From Candidatus Saccharimonadota bacterium (GTDB lineage Bacteria; Patescibacteriota; Saccharimonadia; Saccharimonadales; VXPC01), in contig JAPOWB010000003.1 of the NCBI GenBank assembly GCA_026707815.1, positions 131,380 to 195,379 of the forward strand: DNA of 64,000 nt, in the 5' to 3' direction. Each line of letters begins with the position of its first letter. Within the stretch, counting starts at the first letter, position 1. Below the pieces are notes generated by a model. That model ran no database searches. It was not told the origin of the DNA and worked only from the letters and a program-made list of their open reading frames with translations. This document shows, piece after piece, positions 44,163-53,716 of this stretch. The translations under genes and the position numbers were made by a program.

Positions 44163-46652
44163 TTAGTCGTAATCAACGACAAAATTAATAATCTTCTGAG
44201 GAATATAAATTGCTTTAATGATTTGACCTTGATATAAATATTTAGCTAGATTATTAACCTGCTGGGCTTGGCTTAAGACTTCTGCTTCAGAAGCTTGGGG
44301 GTTAATATCTAGTTGACCTCGCAATTTACCATTGATCTGAATGGGGATCTTAATAGTTTGCACTTTTAAATATTGCTCATCTAAGCTTGGCCAATGATTG
44401 AGGTGAACCTGATCGCTATGACCCAACTTTTGCCAAAGCTCAGAAGCAAAATGGGGCGTAAAAGGAGCTAACATCATCGTTAAAGCCTCTAAGCTTAACT
44501 GCCAAGCTTGGTTTTGAAATTTATCTTCTTGGCTGAATTTGTACAAGTGATTGACTAAAGTCATTAAACTGGCAACAGCTGTATTATATTTTAAAGCTTG
44601 GATATCTTTTGTAACTTTATCTAGGACTTGGTGAGTAGCTCTCATAATCTCTAAATTCAATTGAGAATCCAGCTGAACATACTTGTGTTTTAGATAATCC
44701 GAGACTAAAACCCAGACTCGATTTAAAAATTTATAAGCTCCAGCTACACCACTATCTTGCCAAATGGTCTCCAAATCAGGTGGAGCAGCTAAACATAAAT
44801 ACAGTCTCAAAGCGTCAGCTCCATAGCCTTGATTGATAACTTCTAGAGGATCTATGCCATTACCTTTTGATTTACTAAAATTTTGTCCATCGGAGGCTAA
44901 AATTTTGCCATGGAGATACATCCTTTGAAAAGGCTCTGGAGTAGCCACCAAACCCTGATCATAAAAAAATCTGGTGAAAAATCGAGCATAAATTAAGTGA
45001 GCTGTGGCATGGTCAGCTCCATTATAAAAATCTACCGGCAACCAAGTTTTGGCTAAATCAACATCCCAAGCTTGATTGTCATCATGGGGAGATAAGTAAC
45101 GAAACTGATACCAAGATGAACAAACATAGCCATCCATAGTATCTGTTTCACGCTGAGCAATCTGATGGCATTTAGGGCAAGTTGTTTGCAGCCAATCAGT
45201 GGCTTTAGTCAATGGACTACGACCATCCCCAGAAGGCGTATAATCATCAATTTCAGGCAAAACAACCGGTAAATCTGCTTCAGGAACTGGCACTGCCCCA
45301 CAATCTTGACAAAAAACAATCGGAATCGGAGCACCCCAATAACGTTGACGACTAATCAGCCAATCTCTGAGCTTGAAATTAACTTTTTCAGTAATAACTT
45401 TTCGTTTTTTTAGCCATTTAAACAAATCTTGCCGAGCTTGTGCCATTGTTAAACCATTGAAATCATCTTGAGAAACTAATTTATGCTGATCAAGATTGGC
45501 TGACATATCTTTATAAGCAATGAATTCTTGGCTTTGAGTGACATAGATAACTGGTAGTTTGTGGAGTTGAGCAAATTCCAAATCTCGCTCATCTGCTCCT
45601 GGAACAGCCATAATGGATCCAGTCCCATAAGAACCCAAAACATAGTCAGCAATCCAAATTGGTATTTGAGTCTGAGTAACTGGATTAATAGCTTGCCAAC
45701 CCTTGATGGCAATACCCGTTTTCTCCAAGGCTTTCTGACGATCAACTTCAGTCTTGGTCTGAGCTAATTTAATATATTTTTTAATTTGGATCTTGTTAGT
45801 CGCTGTTTTGATTAAAGTTTCAATCAAGGGATGTTCAGGAGCTAAAACCATAAAAGTTGCTCCATGAATTGTTTCCAAAGCCGTCGTAAAAACTGTTAAT
45901 TTTTCTTTTTGCTTATCATTGATTAGCTGAAAATCAATCTCGAAACCTTCGGATCGACCAATATAATTTTTTTGAGCTAATTTAACCCAATCAGTCCAAT
46001 TCAAACCATCAGTCGCCTTTAAAATCTCTGAGGCATAATTTGTAATTTTCAAAAACCATTGCTTCAAAGATTTTCTGCTAATGAGGGGATCAGAAGGATT
46101 ATCGTGTCGCCAGCAGCGTCCACCGATGACTTGTTCATCAGCTAAAACTGTTTTACACTGATCACACCACCACTGGGAACTCTCTTTCTGATAAGCTAAA
46201 CCAGCTTCATATAATTGCAAAAAACACCATTGAGTCCAGCGATAATAATCTGCTTGAGAAGTATCTATAACCTTTGACCAATCAAAGCTGAAACCCAAAG
46301 CTTGGTATTGTTGACTGAAATTGGCAATAGCTTTATCAGTAGTGATGCGAGGAGCAATGCCAGTTTTCAAAGCATAATTTTCAGCTGGCAGACCAAAGGA
46401 ATCAAAGCCGACTGGAGAATAAACTGCCCAGCCCTTTTGGCGATAAAATCTCAACAAAACATCTGGAATTGTGAAATTCTTAACATGACCGACATGAATA
46501 CCCTCTCCAGAGGGATAATTGAACATACCAAAACCATAAAACTTGGGTCGCTTTTTAGAAACAGCAGTTTTCAGATCAATCTCACAAATCTTTTGATCTT
46601 GCCAAATCTTCTGCCATTTTGGTTCAACCTCTAGGGGTTTATAGTGATTCAT
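44163..46652 (-). CDS. leuS: Leucyl-tRNA synthetase
   Basis: HVGHVKNF (HIGH), a class Ia editing-domain insertion, FSKSKGN (KMSKS) and a C-terminal tRNA-binding domain. Confidence 0.95.
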   Translation of the reverse strand: MNHYKPLEVEPKWQKIWQDQKICEIDLKTAVSKKRPKFYGFGMFNYPSGEGIHVGHVKNFTIPDVLLRFYRQKGWAVYSPVGFDSFGLPAENYALKTGIAPRITTDKAIANFSQQYQALGFSFDWSKVIDTSQADYYRWTQWCFLQLYEAGLAYQKESSQWWCDQCKTVLADEQVIGGRCWRHDNPSDPLISRKSLKQWFLKITNYASEILKATDGLNWTDWVKLAQKNYIGRSEGFEIDFQLINDKQKEKLTVFTTALETIHGATFMVLAPEHPLIETLIKTATNKIQIKKYIKLAQTKTEVDRQKALEKTGIAIKGWQAINPVTQTQIPIWIADYVLGSYGTGSIMAVPGADERDLEFAQLHKLPVIYVTQSQEFIAYKDMSANLDQHKLVSQDDFNGLTMAQARQDLFKWLKKRKVITEKVNFKLRDWLISRQRYWGAPIPIVFCQDCGAVPVPEADLPVVLPEIDDYTPSGDGRSPLTKATDWLQTTCPKCHQIAQRETDTMDGYVCSSWYQFRYLSPHDDNQAWDVDLAKTWLPVDFYNGADHATAHLIYARFFTRFFYDQGLVATPEPFQRMYLHGKILASDGQNFSKSKGNGIDPLEVINQGYGADALRLYLCLAAPPDLETIWQDSGVAGAYKFLNRVWVLVSDYLKHKYVQLDSQLNLEIMRATHQVLDKVTKDIQALKYNTAVASLMTLVNHLYKFSQEDKFQNQAWQLSLEALTMMLAPFTPHFASELWQKLGHSDQVHLNHWPSLDEQYLKVQTIKIPIQINGKLRGQLDINPQASEAEVLSQAQQVNNLAKYLYQGQIIKAIYIPQKIINFVVDYD

Positions 46653-46735
46653 CTGTTTTTAAAAAGTTTTTATACATTTAAGATTATCATAAATTCTTTG
46701 AAGTCATCGTGAGTCTTCTTATCTGATGACTTATA

Positions 46736-47401
46736 ATGATTGGCATGATGCGTTATCATGAACTCAGAGATTCCCAAGGCATAGGTCTAGAAATTATTAA
46801 TAATTTTGCTAATCAGGCAGAAGTGAAGGCAGTTACCAAAGAAGCTAATGATCCGACTAAAGTTGACTGGCTTGATGCCCATGAAACTTATCAAAACCAA
46901 CGGGGTTTGACTATTATTCAAAATCATTTCACCTTTGCCTTAAAACTTAGTGCCGGCAATCAAGCTTGGCTGGACAAGCTCCCAGCTACGGCTGACTTAA
47001 AAAAGCGTGTTCAACAATACATTCAAAATCTGGCGGATGTTTTTCCTTCATTAGCCAATTGGCGAGCTGATGAATTGTCCTTTCATTTGTATGATAATCC
47101 AGACATTGGTCTGAGTTTTCATCGTGACAATCTGAGATTTATCGGGCTAATAGCCATTATAGCTATTGATGGTGAGTGTGATTTAGTTGTCAGGCATCAA
47201 AAACAAGATTATGACTTTAAAGTTGTTCCCGGTGATCTGTGTTTACTCAGAGCAACTGGTCTGATTAATACCGAAACTGAACTTCGACCTGAACACAGTG
47301 TCCAAAATTTAAAATCTCCAACTCGACTATCAATGATGCTCAGAGCCAACAATCGTCCAACTGAGACTATCCCTGGTTTTAAATTCAATAATTGGCCATA
47401 A
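46736..47401 (+). CDS. Hypothetical protein, possibly Fe(II)/2-oxoglutarate-dioxygenase-like
   Basis: A weak HxD...H pattern only (SFHRDN ... PEHSV). Confidence 0.3.
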   Translation: MIGMMRYHELRDSQGIGLEIINNFANQAEVKAVTKEANDPTKVDWLDAHETYQNQRGLTIIQNHFTFALKLSAGNQAWLDKLPATADLKKRVQQYIQNLADVFPSLANWRADELSFHLYDNPDIGLSFHRDNLRFIGLIAIIAIDGECDLVVRHQKQDYDFKVVPGDLCLLRATGLINTETELRPEHSVQNLKSPTRLSMMLRANNRPTETIPGFKFNNWP

Positions 47402-47409
47402 AGTGAAAT

Positions 47410-48156
47410 TTAAAGCAATGAAGTGTGACCGTCTATATCATGAACTCTCAAATATTTAGCCCCAGCTTTAGCAGCGATTTGTCCTGCTGAGAGATTAACA
47501 TCTAAACCAAGACGATTAGGACCTAAAAATCTTTTTCTCGAATAGCCAATCATCACATCATATTCAGTCATATGCTGAGCGAATTCTAATAATTTCCAAT
47601 TAAGTTGTTTAGTTTTGCCAAAGCCGATCCCGGGATCAACAATAATATTATTCTTTTTAATTCCAGCAGTAGCTAACTGTTTAATAGTTTGGTCGAGCTC
47701 TTTAATTACCTGATTCATGGAATCTATCAATTGACCTTGATGAGCTGCTTGAATATCTCGGCTAATCTTTGGCAAATGACTGACAATAATTTGACTGCCT
47801 GTTCGAACAGCTATTTCTAGCATTTTGGGATTGCGAAACCCAGTCACATCATTAATAGTGAATTGTTTTAAGTATCGACTAATCCAATCAATAGTTTCAG
47901 GATGATAACTATCAATGGAAAGATTCCAATTAAAGTCTGCGATCAACCTAATAAAATCAGACAATCTTTCAACTTCAGTCCGCCAATTTAGGGCTTGAGC
48001 TTGAGGTCTAGTGCTTTCTGCCCCGATATCAACCATAAAGGCTCCCTGGTTAAACATCTTAGATGCATATTCTATAGCCTTGGCGGGAGAACTGTACTTT
48101 CCACCATCACTAAAGCTATCTGGGGTTATATTTAAGATTCCAACAAGTTTAACCAT
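47410..48156 (-). CDS. folP: Dihydropteroate synthase
   Basis: GILNITPDSFSDGG, DIGAESTRP and DPGIGFGK. Confidence 0.9.
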   Translation of the reverse strand: MVKLVGILNITPDSFSDGGKYSSPAKAIEYASKMFNQGAFMVDIGAESTRPQAQALNWRTEVERLSDFIRLIADFNWNLSIDSYHPETIDWISRYLKQFTINDVTGFRNPKMLEIAVRTGSQIIVSHLPKISRDIQAAHQGQLIDSMNQVIKELDQTIKQLATAGIKKNNIIVDPGIGFGKTKQLNWKLLEFAQHMTEYDVMIGYSRKRFLGPNRLGLDVNLSAGQIAAKAGAKYLRVHDIDGHTSLL

Positions 48157-48401
48157 CAGTTTTTTTTATTTCAACAACATATGAAATTCAAAAGATATTT
48201 TAATCTAGATTTAATTATTTTACTGGATTTATTGCTTTCAGCTTGAAATGAACTTTTAACCAATCCATTGCAACGTTTTCTAGCATTGTAGTTTTTGAAA
48301 AAATCTGGCAAAAGCAATAATCAAATCTAATTTCCTCTGTTGTACTCCTTTAGTTGATCATGCTTTTACAGTATGGATATGGTAAGATTAAAATATAAAA
48401 A

Positions 48402-48902
48402 ATGGTTGGGAAAATGAATTCAAATTTAAGCAAGTATAAGTTAGCTATTTTATATTTTATCCAAAATTGCAATAATGTTTATTTGGGTGAAGTCAAGTTA
48501 AATAAGTTGCTTTATTATTTAGATTTTCTATCTTATCGTGATTATAATAAATCAGTCACTAAAGAGACATACATTAAAAATCATTTTGGACCCACTCCCC
48601 AAAATATCACCACAGAACTTCAAGAATTAATTCAGGATGAGTATATAACTAAGAAGAAAGAAGACCATAGAGACTCACATAAAACGAGTTTTAATTTACA
48701 AAACAAAGCCAACAAGATTGATTATGGTAATCTTTTTTCAAAAGATGAAGTGGTATTATTGAAAAAAATCTGCGAGACATTTAAAAATTGGAATACCTCC
48801 ATGATTGTAGACCAAACTCATCTGGAAGCTCCTTGGTTCTATTCTGATTTTGGGCAAAAGATTGATTTCGAATTATCAAAAAGCATAGATATTATTAGTT
48901 AA
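48402..48902 (+). CDS. Panacea-domain (DUF4065/SocA-like) putative antitoxin
   Basis: LGEVKLNKLLYYLDFLSYRDYNKSVTKETYIKNHFGPTPQNI matches the KLQKLLYY...Y..GPV core of the family. Confidence 0.65.
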   Translation: MVGKMNSNLSKYKLAILYFIQNCNNVYLGEVKLNKLLYYLDFLSYRDYNKSVTKETYIKNHFGPTPQNITTELQELIQDEYITKKKEDHRDSHKTSFNLQNKANKIDYGNLFSKDEVVLLKKICETFKNWNTSMIVDQTHLEAPWFYSDFGQKIDFELSKSIDIIS

Positions 48903-49025
48903 GTAAAAACATATTGAGAATGTCTGCGCCAGATGAATACGTAAAAAATGTATTGCTGTACAGTGACACTTATCTCAAGAAATTAAAAAAAAGACCAAGA
49001 CTTATTAAAGCGTACAGACGAATTA

Positions 49026-49319
49026 ATGTCTAGTTTGAATTTTACCACTGGGACTAATTCTGCAAAGATTATTCATAGATCTTCCGATCCCTTTAAGTAT
49101 GAGATTTGGTATATAAGAATACCGAGTAAACAAAAAGGTAAAAGTGGAGGATTCAGATTGGTATGTATCAGGGATATAAGCAGAAGCGAGGTTTTGTTGT
49201 GGGATATTGAAAGCAGAAAAGAATTGACCAAACCCAAAAACCAACGCTGGACTCAAGATGCAAAAGATATAATAGTGGCAGATTTGTATAATGTGAGTGC
49301 ATTAAGTGATTTAATATAG
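49026..49319 (+). CDS. RelE/ParE-superfamily toxin, HigB-2-like
   Basis: IPSKQKGKSGGFRLVCIRDISRSEVLLWDIESRKELT parallels the KGKGKRGGSRIIYYF...LLTIYGKNE core of HigB-2-type toxins. A 37-codon ORF (48920-49033) in another frame may be its displaced N-terminus. Confidence 0.5.
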   Translation: MSSLNFTTGTNSAKIIHRSSDPFKYEIWYIRIPSKQKGKSGGFRLVCIRDISRSEVLLWDIESRKELTKPKNQRWTQDAKDIIVADLYNVSALSDLI

Positions 49320-49469
49320 AGGATTTAAACTGCCTATCACATCAGATAATTTCTAAACTTGAATCCAAGATTTTAAATGTTGATAATTTTTAGAAAAACT
49401 TTTTTATTAGAATCTGCCTGATGATTCCGATAAGGCGTTTTAAAAGGATTTCAGCTCTTAATCGCGCGA

Positions 49470-50438
49470 CTAACTGTCATAGGCCTCTTTGGCATAGGCG
49501 ACAGACCGGGGCATGAGTTGGCACCTGCCGATGTTATGGTCTTCATCCTCAACTACCGTTTGCCGGCATCTCTGCCGGTGCTCCGGGGACAACGAACCGA
49601 TGAACGCCCCTATGGCGCGATAATCCGACACGCTGCTGCGTTCGGCTGTCATAACCTTGACGGAGGCTGATTTTTCTTCCATTATTCTTCTTAAGGTCTC
49701 GATTGCGACCGGTCGGGCGCCGACCGAGGCGACCAGATTGCACAGAAACAGACCGGGATTGCTTTTGATAAAACTGTCGGCCTTTTCGACACCGAGTTCC
49801 GAGAATTCCCGTTCGAAGGCTTCGAAATCCCGGCTACAAGGGTTATGCTTAATCTCCTCGAAATAACGCTTCCTGCCTATCAGGCTGTCGATGACGACGT
49901 AGCCGAGTTGCATGCCGAGAGTCCAACGTTTCTTTACGGCCGGGAGGTCTATGCTGAACACGTTGCCAACTCGATCCTCGGGATCCTGTTCGGTCATTTT
50001 CAGAGAGAGCAAGGCACCGTGCGAAATGCCGAAATAGTCGATTTGGTCTTCTGGTTGCAAGGTTTTCTGGACTGCTTCGGTCATCGGTCTGGCCTGGCTG
50101 TCTACCCGGCGACGGACGCAGAGATCGTAAGTCTGTCTGAATCCGTGGGGCGAACTCAGACCGTGTCCCGGCATGTCAAGCATCAGGATTGGGCGATGAA
50201 GCTCGGCCAGATGGATGCCCTCCCAAGCGCGCTCGACGGTTGTCAGATCGCTTAGAAAACCGCCGACTGCCACTACGGGGCATTCTTCGCCGATGAGATG
50301 CCTGTTCAGCAACGTGTAGCCGATTTGGTCCGAGGGCGAAACGTCGACCGTCCTTATTTCGCACACTTCTCTGATAAGCCGTTCATCCGGAGATTTTTCG
50401 GCATAGGGACTGCGGGGAACGGATTCGAATCTATTCAT
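49470..50438 (-). CDS. Alpha/beta-hydrolase; GC-rich foreign gene
   Basis: Nucleophile elbow FGISHGA (GxSxG), candidate acid SVSD and His in EDEDHNIG. GC is visibly well above 50% against AT-rich flanks, and multiple spurious overlapping ORFs in the track are typical of GC-rich DNA. Confidence 0.75.
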   Translation of the reverse strand: MNRFESVPRSPYAEKSPDERLIREVCEIRTVDVSPSDQIGYTLLNRHLIGEECPVVAVGGFLSDLTTVERAWEGIHLAELHRPILMLDMPGHGLSSPHGFRQTYDLCVRRRVDSQARPMTEAVQKTLQPEDQIDYFGISHGALLSLKMTEQDPEDRVGNVFSIDLPAVKKRWTLGMQLGYVVIDSLIGRKRYFEEIKHNPCSRDFEAFEREFSELGVEKADSFIKSNPGLFLCNLVASVGARPVAIETLRRIMEEKSASVKVMTAERSSVSDYRAIGAFIGSLSPEHRQRCRQTVVEDEDHNIGRCQLMPRSVAYAKEAYDS

Positions 50439-50537
50439 TTTTTTCTAGCCCTTTGTCTTTCACAAACTGAGGTATATATGACAGAAAATTTATTTTATTA
50501 TAACATAAAAGCTATACTCTAACAAGCCTCCCAAGGC

Positions 50538-50565
50538 TTGATAAATTATCAAAAAATGATATAAA
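50538..50565 (+). promoter_or_regulatory. Promoter with extended -10, leaderless, for CDS 50573-51154
   Basis: TTGATA, 16 nt, TGaTATAAA, then 7 nt to ATG. Confidence 0.55.
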
Positions 50566-50572
50566 AGCTATT

Positions 50573-51154
50573 ATGCCAAATTGTGAATACCTAAGCGAAG
50601 CACCTTTTGATTTAGATAATTATTTCAAGGATTATGCTTATTTTGATGACCATCTAAAACTGGTCAACAGCTTGAGAATAATTATTGAGGATTATGAAAA
50701 TAATAACTTATATTTAGCTGGATTGAAGGGATACCAATGGTTTTATCCCAAGCTTTATAAAAAAACTTTAGGATCACTAACAGATTATCATCAAGCTTTA
50801 ATAGAGCTTGATAGACAAAAATTACTCTCATATTCAGACCCCAAAGCGGCTTCTAGGGTATCGCTACCCGAAAAATACCAATCTCTATCAATTGGAGTTC
50901 ATTCAGCCTCAATAATGATTCACAATCTGATACTAGAATTAATTCCAGATTCTACCCTATCTAAATTACCTAAACCTAGACATGTTATAACTATTAGCCA
51001 ATTAATTAACCAAGCTTGTGTCAATAAATTGCGCTACTATAGCAAAAACAGAGAGATTAATAATCGATATCTTGACCAGCAAAATATTGATGTTGATTGC
51101 ATATATAAATTTAGTCTTGAAACTTTTGCTGAAAAACTTTTGAAGACCAGTTAA
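50573..51154 (+). CDS. Hypothetical protein, tandem paralog 1 (193 aa)
   Basis: Shares with CDS 51216-51803: LTDYHQALIELD/LQDYHRALTTLD, GVHSASIMIHN/GVLSASILIYD, LINQACVNKLRYY/LNQICSSKLQEY and IYKFSLETFAEKL/IYQFCLDNFADYL. Confidence 0.6.
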   Translation: MPNCEYLSEAPFDLDNYFKDYAYFDDHLKLVNSLRIIIEDYENNNLYLAGLKGYQWFYPKLYKKTLGSLTDYHQALIELDRQKLLSYSDPKAASRVSLPEKYQSLSIGVHSASIMIHNLILELIPDSTLSKLPKPRHVITISQLINQACVNKLRYYSKNREINNRYLDQQNIDVDCIYKFSLETFAEKLLKTS

Positions 51155-51198
51155 ATATTCATGTCCAATAGCCTAATAGTAGATAAATTTATTGAATA

Positions 51199-51207
51199 TG
51201 ATATAAA
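51199..51207 (+). promoter_or_regulatory. Extended -10 (TGaTATAAA) 8 nt upstream of ATG 51216
   Basis: atatgatataaa taatctat ATG. Confidence 0.5.
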
Positions 51208-51215
51208 TAATCTAT

Positions 51216-51803
51216 ATGAGGTTTAGCTGGGATAAAATCAATCAAGACGATTCAGACTTGGAAAAATTCAACCTGAATGAATCTATTAATGATCCAGACA
51301 ATGTAGTTTTACCTTTAATTTTACAATTACTAGGCAACAAACTCAGGCGACAAGAAACGACAAAGATTCAACAAATTCACACTAAACTAGCTTACTTCAA
51401 TTTTACCAAGCATAATCGACTTATAAGTCCTCTGTTGCAAGACTATCATAGAGCCTTAACTACTTTAGATGCCAACTGGATGCTCATCTATAGGCCTAAT
51501 AAACGACATCCTGATACGCCGAAGCAACAGTTAGTCCAAGGGGTTTTATCGGCTTCAATTCTAATTTATGATGTATTCTCTGTATTTGAGAAAAACAGCT
51601 TGATTCCCTACAATCCGATAGATTCTGAAATTTTGGCTGATATAGCCACTACTTTAAATCAAATTTGCAGTTCAAAATTACAAGAATATAATGCTCAAAA
51701 TCGCATAGACGATTCCTATTTGAATGAAGCAGTTATCAATTCTGACAACATTTATCAATTCTGCCTTGATAATTTCGCCGACTATCTCAAAGACAAATTA
51801 TAA
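51216..51803 (+). CDS. Hypothetical protein, tandem paralog 2 (195 aa)
   Basis: See paralog 1; collinear similarity over the C-terminal ~130 aa. Confidence 0.6.
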   Translation: MRFSWDKINQDDSDLEKFNLNESINDPDNVVLPLILQLLGNKLRRQETTKIQQIHTKLAYFNFTKHNRLISPLLQDYHRALTTLDANWMLIYRPNKRHPDTPKQQLVQGVLSASILIYDVFSVFEKNSLIPYNPIDSEILADIATTLNQICSSKLQEYNAQNRIDDSYLNEAVINSDNIYQFCLDNFADYLKDKL

Positions 51804-51818
51804 TAATTCCCATCTTTC

Positions 51819-52874
51819 TCATAAATGCCGTCGTCGGTGACGAAGCGTTTCAAAGAGTTTAATTAATACATAAGCTCCTTTTTTAACTGGTAGATCATGG
51901 GTGGGAACATAGACCCGCTCAATGACTCCAAAACTTCTTTTGAATTGACTCAGACCAAAATAGCGATGTTTAACTTGATCGACACCGACAATACCCCAAA
52001 AATTATATGATTGTAAATTTCGCTTTTTGGCTTCAGCAATCGCTTCTAGGTGTAATAAAGGAGCCGATGAATATTGATGACCTAATTCGGTACTCACCCC
52101 CCAATAATAACTGGCTTCTTGACCGCAGAAAAACATCATATTGGCGGCTAAAAGTTGTCCGTCTCTGAAAGCCATATAAATTAAAACTTGATTATCTTTA
52201 ACATATGTTTCAAACTGCCGAATAATTCTCGCCTTAGAAAAGGGCTTATAGTTTTTCATTAGAGCATGTTCTTGGTGAACTTGGGCAAATATATCAGCAT
52301 CTTTTTTAGAGTCAGAAATTTTAATCTCAATTTTGTCATCGCGGCGAGCCTTATTAATTTTCCGCTTCAGACTAGGACTCATGTTCTTTCTCAAGGTTTG
52401 ATCATCTAGGCTTAAGTCTAAAAATCCAGTCACTTCAACTGCTAAATGCATTGGAGCTTTAGTGAAACCAACCGCCTCTAAAGCTTGTCTAATCTTTGGA
52501 TTATCTTCAATTATTGGTCGAATACGAACGAAATGGCATTTATGTTTTTGAGCTATTTTCTTCGCATCGCTAACAAAACTTTTAATTATTCGTTGGTTTG
52601 ACCAATCCAATAATGGACCACTGGTAATAGCTAAAAAAGAATAAGCTTTAGCAATCTCTAAAACGGCAATATAGCCAGCTGTTAGCTGACCCTTAGAGTC
52701 AACATAAACTCGGACATGAACTGTCTGTCCGAGCTTCTGATGGCAAATCCCCCAATTAAAGTTATTTGTTAAATTAATTTCTAGCTGGGGGTTATCTTGA
52801 AGAAATTTTTGCCAAATTGGTTTGGATTCAATGGTTTGCCAACCAGTTTTAAGGCGTATTTTCGATTGAGGCAT
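51819..52874 (-). CDS. FemAB-family peptidoglycan interpeptide-bridge aminoacyltransferase
   Basis: About 350 aa. YYWGVSTELGHQYSSAPLLHLEAIAEAKKRNLQSYNFWGI matches the FemAB C-terminal GNAT-like core. Confidence 0.65.
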   Translation of the reverse strand: MPQSKIRLKTGWQTIESKPIWQKFLQDNPQLEINLTNNFNWGICHQKLGQTVHVRVYVDSKGQLTAGYIAVLEIAKAYSFLAITSGPLLDWSNQRIIKSFVSDAKKIAQKHKCHFVRIRPIIEDNPKIRQALEAVGFTKAPMHLAVEVTGFLDLSLDDQTLRKNMSPSLKRKINKARRDDKIEIKISDSKKDADIFAQVHQEHALMKNYKPFSKARIIRQFETYVKDNQVLIYMAFRDGQLLAANMMFFCGQEASYYWGVSTELGHQYSSAPLLHLEAIAEAKKRNLQSYNFWGIVGVDQVKHRYFGLSQFKRSFGVIERVYVPTHDLPVKKGAYVLIKLFETLRHRRRHL

Positions 52875-52987
52875 AATTTTTGTTGCTATATTAATTACTT
52901 TTTAACTTAAAAATGAAGTAATTAAAACGGTGAATTTATTACATCTGTAGTATAACACAATCAGCGATTGGCTCTTTTTGCTGAAAT

Positions 52988-53713
52988 TTAAATCTTTGAC
53001 AAAACTTTCAGCAAACTGGCAACTAGAATTTGAGGTTGATGAATATAAGGGGCATGCCCAATATCTTTAAGAATTTCTGTAGTTCGAATCTCGGGTAATT
53101 TCTGTTTAAAAACTTTCATCATCCAAATCGGGGTGACTCTATCTGTTTGCCCCCAAATTAAACTAATCGGAGTTTTGATGTCAGCCAATCGTTTAGCTAA
53201 GACTCGATCTGAAGTTAATAAATGATGGAGAGTCTTCTTCATATTTTTCGGAGCTTGGGCATAATCACTGCTCCGGATTAGTCGGTGAGCTAATTTTTGA
53301 CAAAGAGGAATATTTTTAAGAGGTTTAAATATTTTGGCTAAGATTAGAATTATAAAATTTCTCAAACGCCGAGAAATCTTTGGTTGAATACCAGCACTAT
53401 TGAGTAAAATTAAATGCTTTAAATGATTGGGGTATTGATAGCAATAATTCAAGGCAATTCGCCCACCATTAGAATGACCTAAAACAACTGGATTCATATC
53501 CCCCCTTAATTCCTTTCTCAACCAAGCCACATAATTTTGAATAGTCCAAACTCTCTGGCTAGGTTTGGTCAATCCAGGTACATAGAGAAATTGAACTTTA
53601 ATCTTATGTTCTCGCAATAAATCCAGAGTTTTTTGCCAATAATCTGCTCGATATGTCCAGCCATGAATGATATATAGAGTCGACAAATGAGGATTAGCTT
53701 TCTTTTGAGGCAT
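52988..53713 (-). CDS. Alpha/beta-hydrolase
   Basis: YIIHGW..., nucleophile elbow LGHSNGG and a C-terminal GHAPY His. Confidence 0.7.
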   Translation of the reverse strand: MPQKKANPHLSTLYIIHGWTYRADYWQKTLDLLREHKIKVQFLYVPGLTKPSQRVWTIQNYVAWLRKELRGDMNPVVLGHSNGGRIALNYCYQYPNHLKHLILLNSAGIQPKISRRLRNFIILILAKIFKPLKNIPLCQKLAHRLIRSSDYAQAPKNMKKTLHHLLTSDRVLAKRLADIKTPISLIWGQTDRVTPIWMMKVFKQKLPEIRTTEILKDIGHAPYIHQPQILVASLLKVLSKI

Positions 53714-53716
53714 GAT

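Noticed and set aside
49023-50522. Cluster of overlapping tracked ORFs (49023-49256 minus, 49549-49743, 49657-49866, 49845-50255, 50176-50364, 50298-50522)
   Set aside because: These are artefacts of stop-codon scarcity in the GC-rich hydrolase gene, plus an antisense ORF to the toxin gene. Their translations are Arg/Gly/Pro-rich nonsense, and only the 322-aa frame has enzyme motifs.
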